Shown: positions 12,945 through 24,600 of the stretch, piece after piece
Layout of the letters: each line of letters starts with the position of its first letter
Position numbering within the stretch: position 1 is the stretch's first letter
Origin: the human T2T-CHM13v2.0 reference genome, Homo sapiens
DNA: 64,000 bases
Direction: 5' to 3' (one strand)
Assembly (NCBI RefSeq): GCF_009914755.1
Contig: NC_060942.1
Program-made: the position numbers and the translations under genes
The notes under the pieces: generated by a model
The model's database searches: none
What the model was told of the DNA's origin: nothing
What the model saw: only the letters and a program-made list of their open reading frames with translations

Positions 12945-13127
12945 ATGGTGCTCAGATTCTAATGCTAAGTGTACATTTGGGAGATTTGACTAAAATGCAG
13001 ATTCAGGGGCCCAGCCCCAGGGATTGTGATTCAGGAGGTCTGGAGGCGGACCCAAGCATCTTCATTCTTAACAACCGCCCCAGGTGATTACGGAGGTGAT
13101 CTGTGGAGCACCTTTCAGAAACACTGC
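12945..13127. mobile_element. MER5A/MER5B hAT DNA transposon
   Basis: AAAATGCAGATTCAGGGGCCCAGCCCCAGGGATTGTGATTCAGGAGGTCTGG...CCCAGGTGATT...AGAAACACTG. Confidence 0.8.
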
Positions 13128-14974
13128 TGTGAGCCACCAGTTGACACATTCTGGCAAGAGTGACAGAAATAGGAGATGGGAAACTTCCCAAAACCATATG
13201 GAGCCAATGCTGCTCTCCTCCCATGCTCATAAATGATGCCCTACTATCGCATTCACGGCTGCAATCCACAGCTTGTCTCAGTCATCTCTTCTGTCTCTAG
13301 GCAGGCATTAGGAATCTATTATCCTTCGTTCTGTGATTTCCCCTCACCACTCCCTAGGGTCCTTTTGCCTTGTGCCAAGAACACACATTCTAGGTTCCTA
13401 AGTCTCTCCAGTAGGTACTTCACTCAGAATCTGTCTTTACTCTTAAATTTCTCAGTCTTCCTCCTGCTTCACATTTTGAAGTGAATGGCTTATATGTGCC
13501 ATTGAAAGGCTGCTGATTGGGTCAAACAAATGATCAATTTCAGATACTTCTCATCGTTTCAAAGAGATAAATGAGACATTTGAACTATACGCAGGAGATT
13601 ATTGGTAACTCTATAAATTAAGTGTCTGCACATTATGTCAACTGATTCCCGCCTTCTTTGTGACACCAGTCTTGCTTCCTGGGGAGGAGTCATGGCTCAG
13701 CCACAAGAACATGCCCAGCATATCAGAAGACCAGGGCAGGGAACTTGGCTCACTATATCTTAAACACTCACAAATCCTGTTCGGTGCCTGGTGCCATGAG
13801 GTCATCAGTGGCTGTGACTGTGCTCTCTAAAGGGAATCAGCCTTCAGTTACACCGGTGTAAACATGCTAGTTATAAAGATTTATGTGAAGCCTCGTAGGG
13901 GTCCTTTTACTGCAAGTGGTCCATATCCCGGATTTCCTCACAAAACAAAAGTGAAGTTCAGACTAGGTCTGGGCTACATTCTTAGTGCTTTAAAAAAAAT
14001 CTGTGTGTTCATTAAGTTTTCTTTTTCCCTCTCTCTTTAGAGCTAAAAAATGTAATACAAAGTATTCATTTTACCTTTATTTTTCAAAATAGAATATAAA
14101 TATTTTGGAAAATCTAATCCACACATTTTAATAATAATTCTAGAGAATTGGCTGTGTCAGATCCAATTCACCTTTTAAGGTAATTATTAGAGATATATAC
14201 TTCTGTCTATTTCATCTTAATTAAAGATATTACAAGGGACTTGTTGGTTTATTAAAATAATTTAAATTATTCATCCCTAAATTAAAACCCCAGGAATAAA
14301 ACCGTAATGATTTGGAGAACCCTCCAAAAAGTTCTGATATGAAATTATGAAAAGAAATATTTCAAAACCAGTTTTAAAAGGTGAGAAAAATATGTGAGGA
14401 TAAAACATAACATTATCTACTCGCCTCTTTGTAAATGTCATAGAAAATTATCAAAGCATTTTCAAATACTTGGACCTAATAGTCCCCACTCCTGAAAAGG
14501 CCAGTAGAAGATTTGGAGGACACAATAGCTAATTTAAATATTTTTAATGGCTAATATGGATTCTAAATGGTATCATCAAAGAATGATATACTCTCTAAGT
14601 ATCATACACATTTGCACCACCATTAATGGGTTTATGGGCCTGGATTTGTAGGGTTAATGATAGCAAAAAATATGAAATCTTTGCTGAAATAACAGATTTA
14701 CTCAGCCAGATTTGATTGGTCACCGTGGCACTTGTCTCACTGCCTTGTTTTTAGGAAAGGAGATCCAAAGCCAAATCAATGTGTCTAGCTTGTCATCAGA
14801 ACTTAGAATTCATTCTGGCCAAAATTCTGTCTGCAAAAGTATGACTCAAGTGAATTAAAGTTCAGAGCTTCTTGAATTGAATGGGCTGTGATTGTGCAAA
14901 TTTAATTTTAGATAATGTACCAGATTTAGACATGTGCTTTCAGGCTTTTATTACCCAGAGGGAGAGCAACTATA

Positions 14975-15150
14975 GTGTTGTGCCATAGAATAGCACTGCC
15001 CTGGGAAGGCAGAAACCTGCAAAGTGGCCCCTATCCTGCCATGATTAGCTCCGTCACCTTGGGCAATCCATGTGGCCTTGCTGGGCATCGTGTGAGAAAT
15101 GAAACGGATACACTGGATGATCTCCAAGGTCTCTCCAGTTCTCAGTCCCT
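14975..15150 (+). mobile_element. MIRc SINE
   Basis: AGCACTGCCCTGGGAAGGCAGAAACCTG...CACCTTGGGCAA...ACTGGATGATCTCCAAGGTCTCTCCAGTTCT. Confidence 0.7.
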
Positions 15151-15409
15151 CAGTCTCTCAGGTGGTATGAACACCAAATTACTTTGGCAAATGGCTCATA
15201 AATCCATGGGAGCAATGGGAGGTGAATACCACTTGATTGACAAGTGTCAAAAGCACTCAAGGGGTTGTTTTTTTCTGCTTTTTTTTTTTTCTTTGCAGGA
15301 TGGGGTGGGTGATGGCAGTGTATCTTGTTGAATTTACAGAAGAGCTAGGGCAATCCACCACGACAAATGGCAGATTAGAAGGTTAGAAACTGGGTGGGTG
15401 GTAGGCACT

Positions 15410-15610
15410 GACATTCATGAGATACTCACTGTGGAGCAGTCATGATATTCAGCGTTTTTTCAACAAGAAACTGTGTAAACCTCAAACAGCTGCGAGAGAT
15501 GAGAGTGGTCATCACTAATTTTGTAATGAGAAAAGGAAGCCTCGGAAGCATCAATAACATGTCCAAATCATGCTAGGACTTCAACCTGGAGTTCTTGGGC
15601 TCCAGGGCCT
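15410..15610 (-). mobile_element. MIR SINE (degenerate)
   Basis: ATTTTGTAATGAGAAAAGGAAGCCTCGGAAG resembles the antisense MIR core. Confidence 0.5.
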
Positions 15611-15697
15611 CTGCCAGCAGGATCAGGGAACAAGATAGCCCCACAGAGCTCCTGAGAAAGGCTGAAAAGTCAGGGGTTAGCTCTGGACACAGAAAAG

Positions 15698-16094
15698 TGC
15701 TATGGTTTGAATGTTCCCTTCACAACTCATGTTGAAATGTAATTGCCATTGTAACTATATTGAGAGGTGGGACCTTTAAGCAGCTATTAGGTCATGGAGG
15801 TTCCCTCATGAATGAATTAATGTCATTATTTCCAGAGTGGGTTACTTATCATGAGGCTGGGTTGTTATAAAAGTGAGTTTGGCTCGATTTCCTCTCTCTG
15901 CTTCATGCCTGCTTGCTTGCCCTGCTGCCATGTTATCACACAGCAAGAAAGCCCTCACCAGATGCAGATGCAGATGCAGCTGCTTGATCTTGGACTTCCC
16001 AGCCTTGAGAACCATGAATTAAATAAACTTCTACTGTTTATACTTTAGCCAGTCTGTGATATTCTGTTATAGCAGCAGAAAATAAACTAAGGGA
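15698..16094 (+). mobile_element. MSTB-type MaLR solo LTR
   Basis: TGCTATGGTTTGAATGT...CTCATGTTGAAAT...GAGGTGGGACCTTTAAG...GCCCTCACCAGATGC...CTTGGACTTCCCAGCC...AATAAA...ATTCTGTTATAGCAGCAGAAAATAAACTAAG. Confidence 0.9.
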
Positions 16095-16864
16095 GGAAGT
16101 GAACACAAATACTTTCTGCAAAGGAGGTGAGAATAAGAATTGGGGTGCCCTGCCTGCCATTAGGAGTGCCTTCATTGGATTTACGCCTGGTTTCTGAAAC
16201 AACAGTGTCATTATTTTAACCTAGAAAACATTTCTTCACCTTAAACTGCAGGTTTAATTCTACCACAGCTCATAACCTATTATAGGAATTTAACAAATTA
16301 TATAACTGTGAATGGCAGATGCAACAACACTATTCTGTACTCTAACAAGAAGCTTTGGGTAATTTATTTAAATATTGATTTACTTGTGGTATTATTAGAA
16401 AGTTCTTTAGTGTTTTAGTACAAAAAATATACTTTTCCTTTGACCTAGGAATTCATTTATTGTAAAATTATGCCTCACCACAATTAAAAATGAAAAAGAT
16501 ATTCATTTTATATTTATATTTTTCTATGTTTATAATTTATAACCTGCTTCTTTCTAACAAAGGGGTTAAGGCAAGTTATAAAGCTACTGGGTCTGCAGGT
16601 GGGAGTAAAATAATTATAATTGTGAGGAGAGGAGGAATGTGGGAGCTGGGAACTGAGCAAGGCATTAGAGATATAAGCACTTAATCAATAAGAGGTGACA
16701 GAGGCAGCACCAGGGATGAGTCTCATTTGAGGTCAACAGGACAAGAGTCTTTCTGCTCTAGGGAAAGCAACAAGAAATAGTAAAGTGATGAAAAGGCAGA
16801 ATGAGAACTTACTTTGACATAGAAAAAATAGTCTGCAATGTGTTTAACTGGATAATTTTAGGGA

Positions 16865-17000
16865 AATTCAAGTCAATTTAACCCAGCAAATGCATTTGAG
16901 CACCTACTATGGGCACTCTTATGAGAAGATCAAAAGTTGAGTAAGAAAAAATTTTAATCCTCAAGGAGTTTACACTCTAGTTATGAGTATAAGAGGAAGA
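16865..17000 (-). mobile_element. L2 3'-end fragment
   Basis: CAGCAAATGCATTTGAGCACCTACTATG...CCTCAAGGAGTTTACACTCTAG. Confidence 0.7.
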
Positions 17001-17120
17001 CAACAGTTAAGAACTGATGTTTATATTTGTGGAAACAAATGATGGGAAGGAATATTGAAGAACAAAATCCAGTTGTCAATAAGCTCATTTTTTAGCCAAT
17101 AAATTATATGTAATCTACAG

Positions 17121-17235
17121 CAGTAGTTGGCAAAATTTTTCTGTAAAGGACCAGATAGTTCATATTTTAGGATTTGAGGACTAAGAGACAAAATTAGAAA
17201 TGTTGGGTAGGCACTTATATATTAAGAAAGAAAAC
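17121..17235 (+). mobile_element. MER58-family hAT transposon, 5' portion
   Basis: CAGTAGTTGGCAAAATTTTTCTGTAAAGGACCAGATAGTTCATATTTTAGG. Confidence 0.75.
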
Positions 17236-17730
<495 letters not shown>

Positions 17731-19502
17731 CTACTGACTCTTGAACTGGGATTCTACGGCCCAGTGCTTGGCAGCTGACATCAGAAGAGTCTCCAATGTG
17801 TAGATGGCAACCTGCGCAGACACTGGGTTGGAGCACTGGATGCCAGTGGGAACAGGGGTGAGGGGAATGACCTGGCTAAGTCTCCAGTGCTCAGTGTGCT
17901 AGCAGGGTCATACAAAAACACAGTGGTCTGATTTACAAAGTAAGAATCCACCTTTCTCACTTCATTAACATGATCAAATGATTCAAAATCTGCAGTATTG
18001 GGAGAACTGGCTAACTATGTGGAAAAGGATAAAAATTAGATACATTTCTCACAGAATATTTCAGGATAAATTCTAAGTAGATTAGTGATTGAAATGCAAG
18101 TAGACAAATTACAAAGCACTAGAAGGCATGTAGACAGATATAGATAGATATGGACAGATAGGAAGGCAGGGGAAGAGAGAGAGAGACAAGGATGCCCTCT
18201 GCTATTTAATATTCTGTTGGAAGTATTAGCCAATGCAGTTAGGAATGGGAAAGCAAAAACAAAATCATAAGAATTGAAAAGAAAAAGGCAAAACTATGTT
18301 AGGTTGCAGATAATATTATATATTATAATACAAATTGAAAAGAATCCATGAAAAGCCACTACAAACAATAAGAGGACTTAGTAGTGCTCTAACATTGTAA
18401 CTTTAGCAGGTTATAAAAGTAACATAAAAATCCTATATATGCAAACAAAAATTATATAATCAAAGAGAAGACCCACTAACAACAGCAAAAATGAAAACAA
18501 AATACCTAGTTGTAAAATTAGCAAGAAATGTCTAAAACCTATATGGAATTATATGACACTTCTGCAAGAGATAAAACCAACATGAACACTTGAAAAGACA
18601 TACAATTTACTTGAATATGAAAACCCAACATTATAAAGTTGTCAGTTCTCCCTAAGTTAATTTATGAACTTAAAAAAATCCCCATAAGAATTCATCAGAT
18701 TTTTGGAGATCTTTTTCTTCTAAACTTAGAAAACTTGCTTATAAAGTCCATTTGGAAGAACAAGCAAGAATAACCATAAATATCATGAAAAAGAAAAGTA
18801 ACAAGGAAGGGCCTTGGTATATCAGATATTAAAATAGAAAATAAAGCCTTGGTAATTAAAAATATTTTGATATTAGCATATTAATAGAAAGGGCAATGAG
18901 ATAGGATAGAAAATCTAGAAATAAACTCATGTATAAAATGTATATAGTAAGTAAATGTAGTAAATATATACAGTACACTCTGATAAAGGTAGCATTTCAA
19001 ATCACAAGGGGAAAAAAGACTATATTTAAGAGGCAATATTGGGGTAACTGAATAGCCTTATGGAAACAGATGAAATTAGATCCATTCCTCACAGTGTATG
19101 CCAGGATACATTTGAAATGAATTCTAAATGAATTTAAATGCAAATAACCAAGTCACAGAGCACAAGACGAAAACACAGGTGGGCTCCTCTATAGCCTGGG
19201 AGCGAAGAAAACTTTTCAAAGACTCACAATCTGGAATTAATAAGGCAAAAAATGATATATTTGATTATATAAAATAAAATTTTTGTGCATAGACATATAT
19301 GCACACAACATATTTGGGAAAAACAAATGACACTGGTAAAATATTTTGTAGTTAAAGATAAAACGTTAATATTTCTATCAGTCTCTCTAACTTACAAATA
19401 TCTTCTAAAAACAGAGCACAAACAAAAAAAAAAAACAGCAGCCCTAAAGAGGGACAGAGCAATGAAAAAACAGCATACAGAAAAAGAAATGCAAGTGGCT
19501 TA

Positions 19503-19506
19503 ATTA

Positions 19507-19538
<32 letters not shown>

Positions 19539-19645
19539 TGTAAGTTCTGGGATTCATGTGCAGGATGCGCAGGTTTGTTACATAGGTATATGTGTGCCAT
19601 GGTGGTTTGCTGCACCCATTGACCCGTCCTCTAAGTTCCCTCCCA
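19503..19645 (-). mobile_element. L1PA (PA7/PA8-like) 3' end, nested in old L1
   Basis: (TTTA)n tail, then TAAGTTCTGGGATTCATGTGCAGGATGCGCAGGTTTGTTACATAGG. CAAGTGGC repeated at 19492-19499 and 19646-19653 as TSD. Confidence 0.9.
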
Positions 19646-21274
19646 CAAGTGGCACTTAAACTAGGAACATATGTTCAGTTTTATTATAATAAATTGAACG
19701 CAGATTAAAACAACACCAAATGCTGTTTCTCCCGCATCAGATTAGCAAAAACTCAACAGTTAGACAACCCATTCCTCTGACAAGGCTGGGGGAAAATAGA
19801 CAGGCTTATATATTGCAGGAAGGAACACAAAATGGTACAGCCCTTAGGGAAGAGAATTTAAAAATGTCTAGTAAAATTATACATATATTTACTCTTCGAC
19901 CTAATAATCCTACTATACAAATCTATCATAGAGATGCATTGGCAAAAACATTGAGATATATGCACAAAGCTAGTAACTGTAGTGTTATTAGTAAGAACAA
20001 AAACTGGTGCCAGTTGGTGACATAAGCCACACAGAGAAATATCCAGGTGATTTTAAAACATAGTTATCTGATGGTACATCTCTACAGGGCTATACTCTAA
20101 TGACAAAAGAACTGCCAAGAAAAGAAAAACTGTATTGGTGGCAGGGCTGGTTTTGTTATTCTGACACTGTTTGGATTAAGCAAGTCAGTGACTATGTTGA
20201 TCCATTGAAAATTGTGATTTTTCAGGTTAAAAACCTTAGAGCTCTAATTTTGAACTGTAGTATTATAATTTTAATATGAATTCATGATGTATTTTCATAT
20301 ACAAATTTTTGTATCTAAGTGTACAGAATTTGCACATATATGTGTGTTTGTACATATGTGTGTAAGTTAATTTTTGGAGCTGGGAGAGGTTATTCTCTCT
20401 GCTTGTATATTTTGTATTTTCTATATTTTCTATTATAAAAAGTACATATATATATATATCCTAGTAAAAATGGAATAGAAAAAATATTCTAGCTCTGTTC
20501 ACTGAAAGAATAGAAAATATAAAGATGAACCTAGGAGCCAAGAGCATACCTAATACTTAAAATTGCAATTTCTAAAAACCTTTTAACCAACAAAAGCAAC
20601 CAGAACTCTTTAGAGAAATGGGGATTCCAAGTCTGGGCAAGAAATGTCCAATATGATGTTGGAGCTATCAATGACATCCAGGAATATATCAAAAGGACTC
20701 AGGACCCAATTTGAAGAAACTACCAATGGCAAAAGACGGGAAAATTTGATTGGCGGTAAGAGGAAAAAGGAAATGTACAGAAACGTATCAGGCATGTTTA
20801 AACACATGATTTCATAGTGATAATTAGAAAAAACCTCATTGGTCAGCTTTGGAACATGCTAGGGAATGAGCTCCTTATTTTGAAAATTGGTAAATAAAAG
20901 GAAAGAATCAAGCATGAATCCTGCCTCTCATATATGAACTGTACTTCAATAAAACCCAATAGTAGATGAGCAGAAGCTTCTCTTTATAGGCATTTTCCAG
21001 CAACTAAATGAAGAAGGAATAACAGAGTTCAAATAGCATCATTTTGCAACCTGTAATGAATTAGAGTCTAATGGATCTAGGTAGTTGTCACTGGTTGCTG
21101 CTAACATCACAAACAGTGTCAACCAGATATTATGCCCCGCTAAACGAAGGTGTGCAACACCGCCTACACAGTAGTGTTGCCAAAATGTCACACTCGGATC
21201 TGATCAAGTCTCAGATGTAATTGCCAGTTTATAGGACATATATTAAATGGCACCAGCAAAATCCAGACTGTGGG

Positions 21275-21650
21275 TGATATGGTTTGGCTGTACCCCACCC
21301 AAATCTCATCTTGAATTGTAGTTCCCATAATCCCCACACATCAGGGGAGGGACCTGGTGGGAGGTAACTGACTCATGGGGACAGTTGCCCCCATGCTGCT
21401 GTTCTCGTGATAGTGAGTGAGTTCACATGAGATCTGGTGGTTTTATAAGGGGCTTTTCCCCCTTTTGCTCGGCACTTCTCCTTGCTGCTGCCAGGTGAAG
21501 AAGGTTGTGTTTGCTTCCCCTTCCACCATGCTTGTAAGTTTCCTGAGGCCTCCCAGCCATGATGAACTGTGAGTCAATTAAACCTTTTATTTTATAAATT
21601 ACCCAGTCTCAGGTATGTCTTTATTAGCAGTGTGAGAATGGTCTAATACA
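21275..21650 (+). mobile_element. THE1C/THE1D MaLR solo LTR
   Basis: TGATATGGTTTGGCTGT...CAAATCTCATCTTGAATTGTAG...GTGAGAATGGTCTAATACA. Perfect 5-bp TSD GTGGG at 21270-21274 and 21651-21655. Confidence 0.95.
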
Positions 21651-24600
21651 GTGGGGAACTCCATAGGCAAAACCCAATCTCTTCTTCAACAAAACAACAA
21701 AAACTTAAGAAGAAAAAGACAGCAAGGGAGCAAGAACCTATAGATTAAGAGAGGCAAATCAAACAATCGCAATATGTGGCCCTTATTTGGATCGTAATTC
21801 AAATGAACTAAATTGTAAAAAAAAAAAAAAATGTACCAGATATGTGGGGAAATACGAACACTGACTGGAAATGAGATAATATTTAAAAATTATTGTTAAT
21901 GTTTACAAGTGTTACTGTGATTTCATGGGTGTTTTTTAAGATGAGTCCCTTTTTTCAGAGGTACATATTGAAATGTTTTCAGATGAAATGATATGACTTC
22001 TAGGATTTGCTTCAAAAATGTGGTGGAAAAGGGTAGTGATGAGATATAGATAAACCAGGACTGAGTTTGTGTTGATAAATGTGGCAGTTGGGGGAGGGGT
22101 ACCTGGGACATTCATTATATTATTCTCTCTACTTGGGTATTTTAAAATTTTCTATAATGAAAAACTATTTTTAAAACTACATTTTTTCCCTGAGTCTTAA
22201 TAAAATGATTTCATTTTACATTTTAAAAAAATGTGGCCTGTAAACATTTTATTTTTCCTGATAAGATCATCTTTCCAAAATATGTATGGCATGTTCTGCT
22301 GAACATGTCTTAGTGACATGCTGCTTAGCAGTGCTGAAGACTGGGGTGCACACCACTGTCCTCCCCAGCATTTGGACTCTGCTGTCAGCGTGAAAAAGAG
22401 CAGTGAAATAAACAGAAGAGCTTCTGCACGTGGCCTGATCCCCCAGCTCAGCCTCTGCTCACCACAAGTTCAACAGCATGCGATGGGGTAAGTGGCTGAA
22501 ATCACTGAACTATCCATTAATTCAATAAAGTATAAAATTCATTCAGATTGATAGTTTGGTGAAATAGACTGGTCAGTTTTTTAGCTACTGTACAAAAAAG
22601 ATATATCCATAGTCACTTAGGCACTTAGAAATATTTCCAGCTTACTGATACATCGTTCTCTGATGCAATTTCTTTTTAAAGCCAATATTGTCATTGTCAG
22701 TAATTTAAATGACTAGTTTCCAAGGCGGGAAAAAGCACTACATCCTAAACGTGTTACATTTACGGAAAGCTGATGACAAAGCATGCCATTTTAGTAAACT
22801 TCCATATTTAATGTTGTATCTATTCCCATATTCAAAGTCTTTTATTCATCACAGCTCTTCTTCACGCAAACTTAACAACAAAAACAGCCTATCCCAAGTC
22901 TAACTCTAATATTGACATTGAAGAAAAGAGTTAACAGGGAAAGCTTTCTTCCTCATTTGTCATCATTAATATTGCTTTCAAAATTGCTGGACCTAACAGG
23001 AACCCCACCAAAGTGAAAAGTGTTCTTATGCCAATGCTGTTATCAGCGTTAGATACATTATTGACTGTGATTCAGAGGCACACTAAATTAGAAACTTGGG
23101 AAGGGAGAAGTTCATTTGATAACTAAAATTACAACTTGCTCTTTTTTGGGCCCCTATTTCAAAGAGTGGTGAGGTCTCTTTGTTCTTCAAAGCTCTGTTG
23201 GAAAAGACAGCACAGATTACAGGATGAAATGACTAACCCTCCGTTTTACTTATAATTTCTCATAAGGGCAAACATACAGTTTTAGAGATTCAGGTGTACT
23301 CATGGACTGTTGAATGTCTGGCACATGCCTGCATTCTCTCTGATCCTACGTGGGGCCCATCAGGCCCAGTGTTGGGTCTCAGGTAGTGTGAGGGAACACA
23401 CATGTGCTCAGGGTGCCTGGAACTGGGTGGGTCTTCATAGCTAGTGCAGCCCTGCCTGCCACTGTCCTTACAGAAACATCAACAATGATTCATGAAGTCT
23501 TTATTCTGAGTTATCAACAAAACCTAAATTGTGAATCATTGTCAGTTGGCCAATCAGTCAAACCACCACAGAAGCTGTGAAAGCTGAACAATTACAGCAG
23601 AAAGGAGTTCTGTAATCTTTAATATTTTTAAACATTAACTAAGGGGCTTAGGAAATGCCTCAAATTCAAAGCAGTGGAAGCCAATGCCATCTAATCACAG
23701 ACCCACACAACGGCCAGGCAAAACGCTCCTCAACTCTTCCCCGAATGCTACCAGTTCAGATGAGAGGGACCACCAGGAAGGGGGAACATTTCTGTCTTCA
23801 TGCCCATTCAATTCTTGGCCTTGTTGCTGAGCCTTCCAACAAGCATATCAATTAGTAGCTCCAATAGTGAGGGTTTTATTGTGTGTGGGTTTTTCTTTTG
23901 GTAATTCAAACACCTGTCCACTAGAAACTGGACTGAGGCCACTGAACAGTTGTCAGATGGTAACTGCAGTGTTTATAGATTCAATTCATAGATCTGCCTC
24001 TTGGTTGCACAAAGTGCCAAAAAGTTATATAGCCAGACATCTGGCAACTGGAAGGGTATCTGCCTCTTTAGCACTCTGATTGGCCCTCAAAGTTCTATTT
24101 GTGCATGCTATGCGGATCCTGGGAAGGCAAGCATTATTTTAAAATTGTTATCTCCCTCATTGCCATCCACAGAGTTGTAGCCACAACTTCTGGTTCCTTA
24201 CTCCCTGCCAGTACTACAGTCACACCAAGATATAAAAAGAAAGCTTCTAGACTTTGGCTTTCCATATCAATTTCTGCTAAGCTCTCCCAACTACTTAATC
24301 TGGCCAAACACAATCAAACAAGCACTCTAATTCTCCCCAGTGTCTAAGTTATTTTCATAAAGTAATCTGAGTATTTGGAGAAGCATTCAAATTCATTTAA
24401 ACTTTTGGGGACCAAATAGTGCTTTATAGGAAATGTACTATTAAAGAGTCCTGACAGACCCACAGAAGTTAATGTACTTTGCCACCTTCTGTATTTTTTC
24501 TAGGAAGGGGCTTAGACAAAGAAAGGATAGAGTAGGTGCACAAGGTACATGTGTTTTCAATGATCAGTGGTCGCCTGGAATATAGCAGAGTGGTGGTGCG

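Larger units (their letters stand above)
17990..22175 (+). mobile_element. Old L1 (L1MC/L1ME) ORF2 remnant plus long 3'UTR, hosting younger insertions
   Basis: 18183 onward, AGACAAGGATGCCCTCT...TTTAATATTCTGTTGGAAGTATTAGCCAATGCAGTTAGG, reads as RQGCPL...FNILLEVLANAVR, the L1 reverse transcriptase motif. L1MC-like 3'UTR from about 20130 to 22175. Confidence 0.85.

Noticed and set aside
15270-15300. Strong plus-strand acceptor TTTTTCTTTGCAG (similar ones near 47630, 50880, 54816 and 59188)
   Set aside because: No convincing paired donor with an open frame. Isolated acceptors are common in bulk DNA.
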